From contig JAWLHY010000013.1 of assembly GCA_041690135.1 (NCBI GenBank), positions 148,921-212,920 of the forward strand: a DNA stretch of 64,000 nucleotides. The letters run 5' to 3'. A program made the translations under genes and the position numbers. Positions 54,186 to 64,000 of the stretch are shown piece after piece. The DNA is from Armatimonadota bacterium. Its GTDB lineage: Bacteria; Armatimonadota; SYMT01. Under the pieces are notes generated by a model, which saw nothing but the letters and a program-made list of their open reading frames with translations, made no database searches and had not been told where the DNA came from. How positions within the stretch are numbered: position 1 is the stretch's first letter; each line of letters opens with the position of its first letter.

Positions 54186-55640
54186 CTAGGGGCGGCTGCG
54201 GCCTTCTCGCCGGTACTTTTCAAGCAAGGCGCTGAGCCGCTGGACGACCTCCGGGTGGGTAGCGTAGAGGTTCGTCTGCTCCGCGGGGTCCTTGTCCAGG
54301 TCGTAGAGCTGGCCCGCGGGTTCGCCGGCCTTCGCGCGGACGACCGCCGGTTGGGTGAATCCGCCGCTGCCGAGGCCGGGGATCAGCTTCCATTGCCCCT
54401 GGCGGATGGCCAACACGCCGCGGGAGGACTGGTGGACCGTCGCCTCGCGGAGGGGGCGGTTCAGCTTGCGGCCCTCGAGCACCGGCAGAATGCTGTGGCT
54501 GTCCTCGCCTGCGTTCTCCGGCAGCGGTTTGCCCGTGAGGTCGGCGAAGGTCGCCAGCATGTCGGTGAAGCAGATCGTGTCGCTCGAAGTCGAACCGGCC
54601 CTCACCTTACCGGGCCACCGGGCGATGAACGGCATCCGGTGGCCGCCTTCCCAGGCATCCCCCTTCATCCCGCGATAAACGTGGCTCGATGCATGGCCGT
54701 ACTTCCGGACATCGTCCGCGTACCACACGGGGCCGTTATCGCTGGTGAAGATCACCAGGGTGTTCTTCGCCAGGCCGGACTGGTCGAGTGCCTTAAGTAC
54801 CTGACCGACCGCGGCGTCTACGTGAGCCACGAAGTCGCCGTACTCCCCCGCCTGGCTCTTGCCCCGAAATGCCGGCGCCGGCAACCAGGGGGTGTGCGGA
54901 GCCGCCAGGGCGAGGTAGAGGAAGAAGGGAGATCCGCTCCGCTGCTTCCCGCGCTCTTCCACATACTCCACCGCCTTGCGGCTGAAATCATCCAGCACTT
55001 CCTCGTGGCGGAAGCCCGGCGCGATCTTCCCCTCCCTCCAGAAGGCGCCCTGGATCGGGCTCACACCCGGGCTGCTGCTGGCGGGAACCGTCTCCGAGGC
55101 CGACGCGACGGCCCGGTCGTTCCGGATGAAGAAGTACGGCGGGATGTCCAGGGAGGCGTGCATCCCATAGAAGTTCTGGAACCCGTGGGAGAAGGGACCG
55201 CCGGCCAAGGGCTTGCCGTAGTCGAAGTCCACTCCCCCCTCGAAGCCGAGGTGCCACTTCCCCACCATCGCCGTGGCATAGCCGCGGTCCCGGAGCAGCG
55301 AGGCGAGGGTCACCCGTCCCGGCTCGATGAGGGCCTCCTTCTGGATGTTGGCGCGGTTCCGGAAGGGATAGCGGCCGGTGAGGAGCCCGTAGCGCGAGGG
55401 GATGCAGACGGACCCCGGAGCGTGGGCATCGGTGAAGCGCATCCCCTGCGCGGCCAGGCGGTCGAGGTTAGGCGTGGGCGCCTTGGACTGCGGGTTGAAG
55501 CACCGCACGTCGCCATAGCCCATGTCGTCCGCCATGATGAAGACGATGTTGGGCTTCGGGGCCGGGGCGGCTTCGGCGGCACCCAGGCGCGTCGGGGCGC
55601 AGGCGGTTGCGAACAGGATGAAGAGGGAGGTCCATTTCAT
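54186..55640 (-). CDS. Arylsulfatase A-like Cys-type sulfatase
   Basis: Signal peptide from MKWTSLF, KPNIVFIMADDMGYGD, CIPSRYGLLTG, GKWHLG, TSDNG, WEGGHRMP. Confidence 0.93.
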   Translation of the reverse strand: MKWTSLFILFATACAPTRLGAAEAAPAPKPNIVFIMADDMGYGDVRCFNPQSKAPTPNLDRLAAQGMRFTDAHAPGSVCIPSRYGLLTGRYPFRNRANIQKEALIEPGRVTLASLLRDRGYATAMVGKWHLGFEGGVDFDYGKPLAGGPFSHGFQNFYGMHASLDIPPYFFIRNDRAVASASETVPASSSPGVSPIQGAFWREGKIAPGFRHEEVLDDFSRKAVEYVEERGKQRSGSPFFLYLALAAPHTPWLPAPAFRGKSQAGEYGDFVAHVDAAVGQVLKALDQSGLAKNTLVIFTSDNGPVWYADDVRKYGHASSHVYRGMKGDAWEGGHRMPFIARWPGKVRAGSTSSDTICFTDMLATFADLTGKPLPENAGEDSHSILPVLEGRKLNRPLREATVHQSSRGVLAIRQGQWKLIPGLGSGGFTQPAVVRAKAGEPAGQLYDLDKDPAEQTNLYATHPEVVQRLSALLEKYRREGRSRP

Positions 55641-55769
55641 ACCAGGGAGAGATTCCGTCTGCGCGAGAGGTGTTCCTTCCCATGGAGAGGCCGCCGAACG
55701 GGAACCGTTTTTGCCCGCGGAAAGGTGCGGAAGGAGAGAGAAGGACGGAAGAACGAAGCGGGCCAAGCA

Positions 55770-56310
55770 TCAACCTGGGAAGCGCGCGCTCTGGAGGCCC
55801 CGGAGGCGACGCTGACCGCCACCCCCACCGACCGGTTGTACCTGTCCATGGACGGAACGATGTGCCCCTTGCGGGACCCGTGGAAACGCGACGGTTCGGC
55901 GGGAAAGCTCCAGTGCCGCTAGGGGGATGCCAAGCTGGGAGTGGTCCTCCAGACGCGGCGGAAGAGCGGCCTCGATACGGAAGTGGTGCGCCGGGGATGT
56001 GTCCGCACGCTGGGGAACCTGGGTGTGTTTCTGCCGCTTTTGTTGGCGTTAGCACGGCAATGGCGATTGGGCACGCTCCGCGAGTTGATCGTACTGGGCG
56101 ACGGTGCGGACTGGATTTGGAAGCTGGTCGCGACGTACTTTCCGCACGTTGTCCCATTCCTGAACTTCCGACATATGACCGGGCATCTGTGGAACGTGGC
56201 GCACGCGATGCATGGGCCCGGAAGCGGCGCGAGTCAGGCCTGGGTCCAGCAGGCGCAATGGGACCTGAAACACGACTTGGTGCAGAGCTTCCTGTTGGTG
56301 GCTCAGCCGG
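55770..56310 (+). pseudogene. Decayed ISKra4/ISLre2-like (UPF0236) DDE transposase fragment
   Basis: LYLSMDGTM...KLGVV...LGDGADWIW...FPH...LNFRH..HLW in one frame, interrupted by TAG at 55920-55922; truncated at both ends. Confidence 0.7.
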
Positions 56311-56407
56311 GAACCTACCGATTTCTTTCCTTAATTGTCGCGTGCATTGGATGCAGTCAACGTTAACCAGACACTGTCCGTCGCGTAGCCCTGGTTTCGG
56401 GGACGGC

Positions 56408-57643
56408 TCAGGGTCGGTGATCCCGAATGGCGATCACCGCCGTCAATATCCCCTTGACTTCCGCCCACGAGAGGGCCGTTAGCTCCCGGTAATGGCGGTA
56501 CGGCTTGCGTTGGAACACCTTGATATCCCGGTTGTGGCTCGGCTGCCAGAACTCGGGAAAGGGATCGAGGACCAGCACTTTTCCAGTCTTGCGATCTATA
56601 CTCCAAACCGTCGCCTGGTGAGTCCGGTCCCCGGATCGCACGATGATCTCATCGCCGGGCAGTACGCAGTCCGCCAGGCGTGTCCGGCTTCCGAGAGCCA
56701 CCACTTCCGGACCGTCCGACTCGCGCTTTTTTTCGGCCAGCAGGAAAACGGAGGCAAAGGCATTCCGCGGGAAGGCCTGGCGGTAGTTGGAGAACGCCTG
56801 GCGCACGGTTACTCTCGTCTGCCGGGTCGGATCGAAAAACGCACGCCATACGAACCCCAGGCGCACCCGCATCAGACCATCCACGAAGGCGGCAGTGAGA
56901 TCGGAGCGGCCCGGGAGCTCGCGGGAGACACGCGGCGCGCTCCCTCCGGCCACCGAGAGCTTCTTCACCACCGAGGCGAGGAAGGCCCGATCGGCGGAGG
57001 TGTATTGTTGTTCGTAGAACTTCTTGAACTGCTGCATCCTTTCCAGCGGCTCGCTCATCCTCTGGAGCAGGAACCAGTAGTTCATTTCCTCCTTCTTTCC
57101 CTGCGACTTATAGATGCCCTGTAAAACCTCCATACACCGGGGGTCGCCCAGTTCGGCGCCCATCTGCAAATACTTGAAGGCTCTCGCCTTGAGGTTTGCG
57201 GCCGCGGGGTTTTCCTGCCTTGCCTGGATCAAGAGGTGAGCGCCGGCCAGATAAGGGGCGTCCGGCTGCCCCAGGTCGCTCGCGCGCGCGTAATCTTCCG
57301 TGGCGGCCTCCGGAGCTCCGTCCTGCTCGTTGATCTGGCCGCGCAAGTAGTAGGCATTCGCCCGCACGAATTGCCGGAGGCGCGCCCCAGAGGAGGAAGC
57401 CAGCGGTTTGGGTTTGGCTATCAGGGCATCCGCCAGCCGACGCGCTTCCGGCAAGCGTTTCGCCCGGATAGCAGTTACAATCCGCTGCAACTCCGGTTGC
57501 GTGACAAAGCCATCGTCGTCCTTCGTGACTGACGCGGCCGCTGGCGATGGAGACGGAGATTGCACAAGGCCGAACGCTGGAGACAGGCAAATCCCAGCTA
57601 GAAAGGTGGCAGTTGACCAGGAGTGCAGGTTTCGTTTGAGCAT
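56408..57643 (-). CDS. Exported hypothetical protein with TPR/Sel1-like repeats and a possible papain/C39-like C-terminal domain
   Basis: Signal peptide; AYYLRG, YARASDLG, AFKYLQMGAELG; HQATVWSID...VLDP; AGAAGG RBS. Confidence 0.65.
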   Translation of the reverse strand: MLKRNLHSWSTATFLAGICLSPAFGLVQSPSPSPAAASVTKDDDGFVTQPELQRIVTAIRAKRLPEARRLADALIAKPKPLASSSGARLRQFVRANAYYLRGQINEQDGAPEAATEDYARASDLGQPDAPYLAGAHLLIQARQENPAAANLKARAFKYLQMGAELGDPRCMEVLQGIYKSQGKKEEMNYWFLLQRMSEPLERMQQFKKFYEQQYTSADRAFLASVVKKLSVAGGSAPRVSRELPGRSDLTAAFVDGLMRVRLGFVWRAFFDPTRQTRVTVRQAFSNYRQAFPRNAFASVFLLAEKKRESDGPEVVALGSRTRLADCVLPGDEIIVRSGDRTHQATVWSIDRKTGKVLVLDPFPEFWQPSHNRDIKVFQRKPYRHYRELTALSWAEVKGILTAVIAIRDHRP

Positions 57644-57693
57644 GAATACCTTCTTTTAACACGTGGCAATGTTTCGATTCGCAATAACCCGCG

Positions 57694-58398
57694 TTACTCC
57701 CGGAACTTCCGATAAAGGTAAGTCCAGCTTGTGTGGGTGCTGTGCTGTTCTTTGCTTATCTGGTAGGTGACCCTGAACCGCGCGCGATAGAGGCCGGGAC
57801 TCTTTGCCTCCAGCACTACGCTCATCGGATGATGCGCATCCGGTAACTCAGGGGCAAGCGTGACCCCCTGGCTTCCTTCCACGGTGCGCAAGAGGTTCCG
57901 CGGCTCTACCGCCACGACGTCTCCCTCGGTCCGGCTGCGGACGTAACTGCCGCTCACCTCACCGGAGTGGAGAACGAACCGGTATTCGTGCACCTTAACG
58001 ATCCCGTGTGGGGTGGACTCCAGCTCATCGATCTCGTACGCCAATTGCTTCGCGGCGGAGGGTGTCAATGGGACGGGTTCTGTTTCCAATTCGAGCTCTC
58101 TCACGAGAATTGGCTTCTTCCCGTCCTGGTTGTGCGCGAGGGTCAACTCGAGCCGTACCACTTCACAACCCACGAAAGCGTTGTACCAGGTGGGATTCTT
58201 CCCCAACAGCGGCACTGCCTGGATGGGCTCATCCAGAGTTAGACCCAGGTTGGTTCGGTCGGACTCCAGGTCCCGGTTGACCAGGAACCCCGCTCCGTTG
58301 AGAACGGCTCCAAGAAGTACCGTGACCACTCCGACGAACAGCGCTCCATTTAGGAACGTCCACTTACCGCCTGACTGGGGGTTCTGATGGCTATCCAT
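57694..58398 (-). CDS. Hypothetical single-pass membrane protein
   Basis: 234 aa; N-terminal TM then a beta-rich domain; GAGGG RBS; co-oriented with the downstream gene. Confidence 0.6.
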   Translation of the reverse strand: MDSHQNPQSGGKWTFLNGALFVGVVTVLLGAVLNGAGFLVNRDLESDRTNLGLTLDEPIQAVPLLGKNPTWYNAFVGCEVVRLELTLAHNQDGKKPILVRELELETEPVPLTPSAAKQLAYEIDELESTPHGIVKVHEYRFVLHSGEVSGSYVRSRTEGDVVAVEPRNLLRTVEGSQGVTLAPELPDAHHPMSVVLEAKSPGLYRARFRVTYQISKEQHSTHTSWTYLYRKFRE

Positions 58399-59177
58399 AA
58401 GCCCTCACGATCGCGTGAAGAACAGTGTCTGGAACAGAGCGGTACTGAAGTTGCACATGTGACATGATACAGCCATCCTCCGCAGTGTGCTGGTGCTGGC
58501 GATGGATGGAAATGTCTTCCGTGTGGGCAGGAAATTTAACTGGATGATGCGCTAGTTGGTAAGATACGAAGCTATGAAACGATATCCTCATTGATTACAC
58601 CGCGGCAGGCGAATCCCTTGTCGCGGTGTGATAAGAACGGATCGCAACCCGGAGTGCGGTCGAGTTCCAGAGCGGATTGCCACCACCCGCGAGAGATTCA
58701 AATACCCTTGTCAAAGAACTGATCGCGATCTCGGGCGGGTGCGGTTCGACCCGGACGAATCGGAGATCGACGCGCCACAGTCGCAGGTGCCGGTGGCGCC
58801 GGAGTGGATCCCGCAATGGCCGGGGGATCGGAGTCCCTGCGGGGGGCTAAATGTTCGGGAGTTGCTTTACCGGCCATGGTGTTCGCCCCAAGGGACGATC
58901 CGGATTCGGGACCAGTATTCGCAAGGGGACCGGACTTTGTCCGGACTCCCACCGCGCGCTGTAGGGTGGTAGCGAGTTGGGAGCGTGGTGTACGGAACGT
59001 CCGCTCCTCGCAGGATCCCCGTGGTACACCCGGCAACTGGGTTAACCTTGGCGCGAGGGCCAGGTGCAGGAGAGAGAGCAGCCGTGGCCGGCGGGTGTGC
59101 GGTTTGTCGATTGTGCGTACTGTGACGGACGGTGGCAAGCCCCTGTGCTACCTTTCGAACCCGAGGCGACTGCCGCC

Positions 59178-60611
59178 TCAGGCCTTCTGGAGAAGCTCGC
59201 GGATCGGTTTGCCATGGCCGTCGCGGGTGACGTAGAAGGGTCGCTTCTCGATCTCGTAGGCCAGCTTGGGGGAAATGCCGAGCGTGTGGTACATCGTGGC
59301 GTGAAGGTCCTCGATGATCACCGGCTTCTCGATCGTTTTGCAGGGGCGCTCGTCCGCCGTGACACCGTGGAGGTGGCCCTTCTTCACGCCGCCGCCGAAC
59401 ATCAGCACGCAGCCCGCGTCGGTGAAGTGGCGGTGCATGCCGTAGTGCTTGCGCTCGGTAATCACGTCGGGGACCTCGACCTGGTTCTTGATCAGCTTGT
59501 CCGGCTTGCCTTCCATCATCATGTCGCGGCTGAACTCGCTGGCGAGCACGATCAGAGTGCGGTCGAGGAGGCCGCGCTCTTCCAGGTCGCGGACGAGCTG
59601 GGCGATGGGCGCATCGATCAGGCGCTTCATCTCCACCAGGCGGTCGTGGCCGTTGTCGTGGGTGTCCCAGCCGAAGAACGGCACGTATTCAGTGGTCACT
59701 TCGATGTAGCGGGCGCCGGCTTCCGTTAGGCGGCGGGCGAGCAGACAGCCGAGGCCGAACCGGCCGGTGTTATAGATGTCGTAGGACTGCCGAGGCTCCA
59801 GCGCCAGGTCGAACGCCTTAGCGGCGGGAGAGCTGAGGAGCCGGTAGGCGTTGTCCAGGGAGCGCAGCAGCGACTCTTTCTGGTAGTCGCTGCCGTACTT
59901 ATTGATCGGGCTGTTCTTTACCAGGCTCTTGTAGAACTTTTGCCGGCTCTCGAAGCGGGACGGGCTCATGCCGCGGGGTGGGCGGACCGCCTCCACGGCC
60001 TGTTCCGGGTAGGGCACGTTGAACGGGCCATACTCGCTGCCCAGGAACCCCGCCGTTGTGAAGGCCTTGAGCTCCTCCCCCTCCCCCACGTCGAACCGCT
60101 GGCCGATGTTGATGAAGGCGGGCACGGCCGGGTTCTTGGGTCCGAGCGTCCGCGCGATCACCGCCCCGATGTGGGGACAGGCGACCGTCTGCGGCGGCGC
60201 GTAGCCGGTGTGCCAGTAGAACTGGTGCCGCGAGTGGAGGATGAAGCCGAGGTCCGGGCCGGTGTACGTGCGGATCAGGGTGCCGCGATCCATCACGGCG
60301 GCGGTCTTCTCCAGGCCCTCGGAGAACCGGATCCCGTCCACGGCCGTGGGGATGGAGGGGAAGGTGCTGAGGACCTTCTCGGAAGGGGTGCCCGGCGCGA
60401 ACGGTGTGTAGCGCTTGGGGTCGAAGGTCTCCGTGTGCGCCATGCCGCCCCCCATCCAGAGGACGATCACGGTGTCGGCGGTGGCGGGGGATGGGCGCTG
60501 GGCTTCAGGCTTTGGGCTTTGGGCCGCGTGGATCGCCTGGGGATAGCCGGCGGCGAGGGCGGAGAGGGTCGCGGCGCTCGCGCTTTTCAGGAAGTCTCTT
60601 CGATCGTTCAT
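59178..60611 (-). CDS. DUF1501 domain protein, Tat-exported
   Basis: NDRRDFLK twin-Arg signal; LWMGGGMAHTETFDPK, GCLLARRL, GWDTH, ASEFSR. Confidence 0.92.
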   Translation of the reverse strand: MNDRRDFLKSASAATLSALAAGYPQAIHAAQSPKPEAQRPSPATADTVIVLWMGGGMAHTETFDPKRYTPFAPGTPSEKVLSTFPSIPTAVDGIRFSEGLEKTAAVMDRGTLIRTYTGPDLGFILHSRHQFYWHTGYAPPQTVACPHIGAVIARTLGPKNPAVPAFINIGQRFDVGEGEELKAFTTAGFLGSEYGPFNVPYPEQAVEAVRPPRGMSPSRFESRQKFYKSLVKNSPINKYGSDYQKESLLRSLDNAYRLLSSPAAKAFDLALEPRQSYDIYNTGRFGLGCLLARRLTEAGARYIEVTTEYVPFFGWDTHDNGHDRLVEMKRLIDAPIAQLVRDLEERGLLDRTLIVLASEFSRDMMMEGKPDKLIKNQVEVPDVITERKHYGMHRHFTDAGCVLMFGGGVKKGHLHGVTADERPCKTIEKPVIIEDLHATMYHTLGISPKLAYEIEKRPFYVTRDGHGKPIRELLQKA

Positions 60612-60622
60612 ATCCGAATCCT

Positions 60623-63106
60623 TCAGTAGATCAACTGGAACTCGGGCAGCATCACCAGCGCCCAGAACAGGTCTTCCACACCTTCGCGGGTGGGCGGCGT
60701 GCCCAGGATCTCCTGCGCGGCACTCCGTTCCGCGGCAGAGGGCCGGCGTCCCAGGGCGCGCTCGTAGAGGGCCTCCGCCAGCGGGGCCTGCTTCTCGCTA
60801 CCCGGCACCCGGCCGCTCACCCAGTCCTCCGCGCCCTGGGCCAGCATCGACGCGAGCACCTGGCCGTTGGTCAGCTCCAGGGCCTGCAGCGTGGTGGCGA
60901 CTGGCGAGCGCCAGGTGACGATCTGTTCCCGGTTCGGCCGCCCCAGCGCGCGGGTCAGCGGGTCGGCCGTCGCCAGGGCGGCGCGGGCCTCGAGGAGCGG
61001 GCGGTCCGAGGTGACCACCAGCAACTGGAGGGAAGTCTGCGCCCCCGGCGTCTCGTGGGCGCCCGTGTCCGGACCGGCGGTCGCGCGGAAGCGGGTGGTC
61101 CCCGGCGGGAGCACGTAGGTGATGAAGGAATTGGCGTGGGTGCCGATCCCCGTCTTGAAGGTTCGGGTCCCCAGCCGCAGCGGCTTGTTGACCACGCTCC
61201 GGTTCAGGCGCACCTGGCCGTAGCCCGTGGTGGCCGACTGCCACTTGAGGGCCGTGAGGGAGGTCTCGCCTTTGGCGCCGACGAGGACCGGCTCCACCCA
61301 GTTGGCCCAGTCCGAGTTGCCGCCGTTGCCCCCGTCCAGGGTGATGAGCGTGAGAACCCGTGCCCCGGTGACGTCCACGTCCACTTCGACGGAGCCGCCC
61401 TTCAGCACCTCGCTCCGGAATTTCACCGCAGCCCGCCCCTCCGCCGCCAGGGCATCCAGGTCCGGCAGCTTCACCGGCGCGCCCGGCGCGGGAACGGACC
61501 ACACCCCGGTGAGGGAGGAGATCGCGTCCACGAACTGTTCCGCGGACATCCGCTTGACGGTGGGCCCGCGGAATACAAAGGCGGCGGCATCTTCCGAGGC
61601 CAGCATCATCGGCGGAAGCTGGTAGGCGCGCGAGGTGACGATCCGTTCCAGGGTCTTCTTCAAATCGTAGCCGTTCTGCACCAGGTCGGCGGCCAGCCAG
61701 TCCAGCAACTCCGGCGACCAGGGCCGGTGGTCCATCTCGTCGACCGGCTCGACCAGGCCCCGCCCCATCAACCGCTGCCAGAGGCGGTTCACGAGGGTCC
61801 GGGGCAGGCGACCGTTATTGCGGGAAAGCAGGATGGAAGCAAGCTGCTCCGCTCGCTTTTCCCGTGGAGCGGCGGGGTCGATGGCGCCCAGTTCCGGATA
61901 GAGGAACTTGACCGGCGCTACCTGGCCCGTCGGCTTGTCGCAGCGGACCATCTCCAGCGGCTTATCCGCGTAGATCCCCGCCATCCCATAGGCATCGGCC
62001 AGCTTCCAGGTGTTGATGAAGCTGTCGTGGCAGGAAGCGCACTTGAGGTTGATCCCCATGAAGATCTGCGAGATGCTCTGCGCCGCCTGCATCTGGGGGG
62101 TCTGGCTGGCATTCACCACGCCGCGCCAGACGATGCCCTTCACGAACCCCGCCGAGGCGGGCGTCGGGTTCACCAGCTCCGACACAAACCGGTCGTAAGG
62201 CTTGTTGGTCAGCAGCGCGTCGTAGAGCCAGCCGGTGATGGAGGCGCGGCCGCCGTCGATGTAGCCCGTCCCGATGTAGTCGTTGCGCAGGAGGTCGTTC
62301 CAGTACGAAAGCCAGTGCTCGGCGTAGCGGCGGTCGTCGGCCAGCAGCTTCCGGGCCAGGCGGGCGTGTTTGTCCGGTCCGCGGTCCGCTTCGAACTCCC
62401 GCAGTTCTGCCGGCGTGGGCAGGAGACCGATCAGGTCCAGGTAGACCCGCCGGGCGTAGGTCCGGTCGTCCACCACTTGCTGCGGCTGCACCTTGTGCGT
62501 GCGGAAATAGGAGGTCAGCAGCAGGTCGATCGGGTTCGAGAGCCCGGACCCGGGCGGGGCGGAGGGCACCCGCGGTGCGCCCAGCGCCAGCTTCGGCTTC
62601 CAGGTGTCCGCCGCCTTCGCGTTCCCGAAGCTGAGGCCCTGGTCGATCCAGGCGCGGAGCACCGCCACCTCGCGCGGCGCCAGGCGGGCTCCCTTGGGCG
62701 GCATGATCTTGCCCGGTACCTGGCCGGAAACGAGGCGGACCAGGTAACTCTGGGCGCCCTTGCCGGGCTGCACCACGGGGTGGGTGCTCTCGCTGCCGGT
62801 GAGGATCCCCTCCCGGCTGTCCACCTGGAAGCCGCCCAGACGCGTTCCGTTCCCGTGGCAGGCGTAGCACCGCGCCACCAGGATCGGCTTCACGTCCTTC
62901 TCATACGAGATGGGCGCCGGAGCGGTTTTCGCAGTCGGCCTGGGGGTTGTCTTTGGAGCGGCTTTGGCCGCCGCGGCGGGCTTCGCGGGAGCGGCCTTCC
63001 CCGCGCTAGACTTCACGGGCGCCGCCAGGGCGACCAGGGAAAGCGAGGAGAGCAGACCCAGCCCGGCCAGGCCCTGGAGGAGACGGTTGGAGGAGCGTAT
63101 GCGCAT
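60623..63106 (-). CDS. Planctomycete cytochrome c + DUF1549 + DUF1553 protein with an NPCBM/NEW2-like insert
   Basis: CYACHG, RRVYLDLIGLLPT, CASCHD, PELLDWLA, DWANW, GIGTHANS, TTLQAL. Confidence 0.9.
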   Translation of the reverse strand: MRIRSSNRLLQGLAGLGLLSSLSLVALAAPVKSSAGKAAPAKPAAAAKAAPKTTPRPTAKTAPAPISYEKDVKPILVARCYACHGNGTRLGGFQVDSREGILTGSESTHPVVQPGKGAQSYLVRLVSGQVPGKIMPPKGARLAPREVAVLRAWIDQGLSFGNAKAADTWKPKLALGAPRVPSAPPGSGLSNPIDLLLTSYFRTHKVQPQQVVDDRTYARRVYLDLIGLLPTPAELREFEADRGPDKHARLARKLLADDRRYAEHWLSYWNDLLRNDYIGTGYIDGGRASITGWLYDALLTNKPYDRFVSELVNPTPASAGFVKGIVWRGVVNASQTPQMQAAQSISQIFMGINLKCASCHDSFINTWKLADAYGMAGIYADKPLEMVRCDKPTGQVAPVKFLYPELGAIDPAAPREKRAEQLASILLSRNNGRLPRTLVNRLWQRLMGRGLVEPVDEMDHRPWSPELLDWLAADLVQNGYDLKKTLERIVTSRAYQLPPMMLASEDAAAFVFRGPTVKRMSAEQFVDAISSLTGVWSVPAPGAPVKLPDLDALAAEGRAAVKFRSEVLKGGSVEVDVDVTGARVLTLITLDGGNGGNSDWANWVEPVLVGAKGETSLTALKWQSATTGYGQVRLNRSVVNKPLRLGTRTFKTGIGTHANSFITYVLPPGTTRFRATAGPDTGAHETPGAQTSLQLLVVTSDRPLLEARAALATADPLTRALGRPNREQIVTWRSPVATTLQALELTNGQVLASMLAQGAEDWVSGRVPGSEKQAPLAEALYERALGRRPSAAERSAAQEILGTPPTREGVEDLFWALVMLPEFQLIY

Positions 63107-63263
63107 CTGGAAGAGGAAGGATCACGACAGGAGTGGGCCACGACGCCCCGCCCTACCCTATTGTGACACGAACTACGGGACGAAGGTTGTGACCAAATGG
63201 GAGCTGGGAGGGGTTCGTGTTTGAGGATGATGGACGGGAACTGGGGTGCCCCGTGCAGGGTAG

Positions 63264-63305
63264 GCGTGATGCGTAAGGAGTGATGCGTAAGGAGTGATGC
63301 GTGAG
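63264..63305. repeat. Heptamer tandem repeat (GCGTGAT/GCGTAAG/GAGTGAT)
   Basis: Six 7-nt units; related arrays at 39856-39877 and 51289-51316. Confidence 0.7.
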
Positions 63306-63695
63306 GTCTGGGGCAGAGGTTGTGCCGTTCGAGAGTGATGCGCTGCGCGGCTAACGCGCCCAGACGGGCGTCCGTATGGACGAAATCGCGAAAGCCCCTT
63401 CGGGCCCGTAGGGGGGCGGAAGACGCGAAAATCCGAACCCCAATAGACGGATAGATAAGGCTTCTGGCGGGAGATTAACTGCTTGCGGCCTCGCGACCAT
63501 CGAGCCAGCACTTGGGTGGGGCTGGTGATATTCGATTGTGATCGGCGGTCCCGTCGCCCAAGCATTTGGATACGGGACCGCCGCACTGCGCCATGGTGCT
63601 GGCACCCTCGCTGTTGGGAGAGATGTGTTCGACCTCCCCCCCTCTTCGCGCCCTCTGCGTCCTTTGCGCTCTTTGCGTTAGGAACGGGCCAGGCG

Positions 63696-64000
63696 CTATT
63701 TGACGGTGTGGTATTCCTTGTTCTTGAGTCCCTCGTGGGTGTGCTTCACATCGAGGTCCACATCGGGCTCCTTCTTCAGCTTTGGCGGGACCAGGTCGCC
63801 GACGGGGCCTTTCCCGATGGTGATGCCGCCGTCCACCGTCCAGAGGGCGCCGGTCACGTAGCTCGCTTCATCGGAAGCCAGGAAGGCATAGACGTTGGCG
63901 ATCTCTTCCACGGTGGCGCGCCGGCCGAGGGGGGTGGCCTGGAGCGTCATCGTTTCGGTCTGGGCATCCATCGGCCCCTGCTCTTTGTGGGTCCAGGCGG
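63696..64000 (-). CDS. SDR family oxidoreductase, C-terminal part only
   Basis: [37 protein letters not shown]; runs off the window end. Confidence 0.88.
   Translation of the reverse strand, partial: AWTHKEQGPMDAQTETMTLQATPLGRRATVEEIANVYAFLASDEASYVTGALWTVDGGITIGKGPVGDLVPPKLKKEPDVDLDVKHTHEGLKNKEYHTVK

Overview
A 64 kb GC-rich bacterial chromosomal window with no rRNA, tRNA, CRISPR array or phage genes visible. Paired DUF1549/DUF1553/DUF1501 proteins, several sulfatases and an outer-membrane protein suggest a diderm soil-type organism such as Armatimonadota or PVC-like (inference only). (1) 1-21.3 kb is a dense heavy-metal region: a CadA/ZntA P1B ATPase coupled to a ZIP transporter, an RND pump with TetR, a secreted 14x Cys-Cys protein, an SmtB-type repressor with a His-rich tandem-repeat protein, an atypical CAC-motif P1B ATPase, a YHS-like/TPR pair, and a frameshifted porin-like gene ahead of a ZnuABC-like importer. 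Three of these units are each preceded by a small Cys-containing ORF ending in an RAPP/RGPP ribosome-arrest-type motif (DUF2946/CruR-like), the most striking signal here. (2) 21.5-29 kb holds a VIT-vWA protein and an ACP-FkbH-MBOAT-SGNH/DltD-like operon that looks like a Dlt-analogous glyceroyl transfer system. (3) 29-46 kb holds a repeat-flanked TPR gene, ppc, a stress-protein trio, prkA-yeaH-spoVR, an ABC-class ATPase and a uronate isomerase. (4) 46-64 kb holds three sulfatases, DUF1080, two planctomycete-cytochrome DUF1549/1553 proteins, DUF1501, a decayed ISKra4-like transposase with two orphan genes, and a truncated SDR. Several REP-like and heptamer repeat families occur, some inserted in-frame in genes. 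All calls come from motif recognition by eye; no searches were run, and refined start codons are my judgement.
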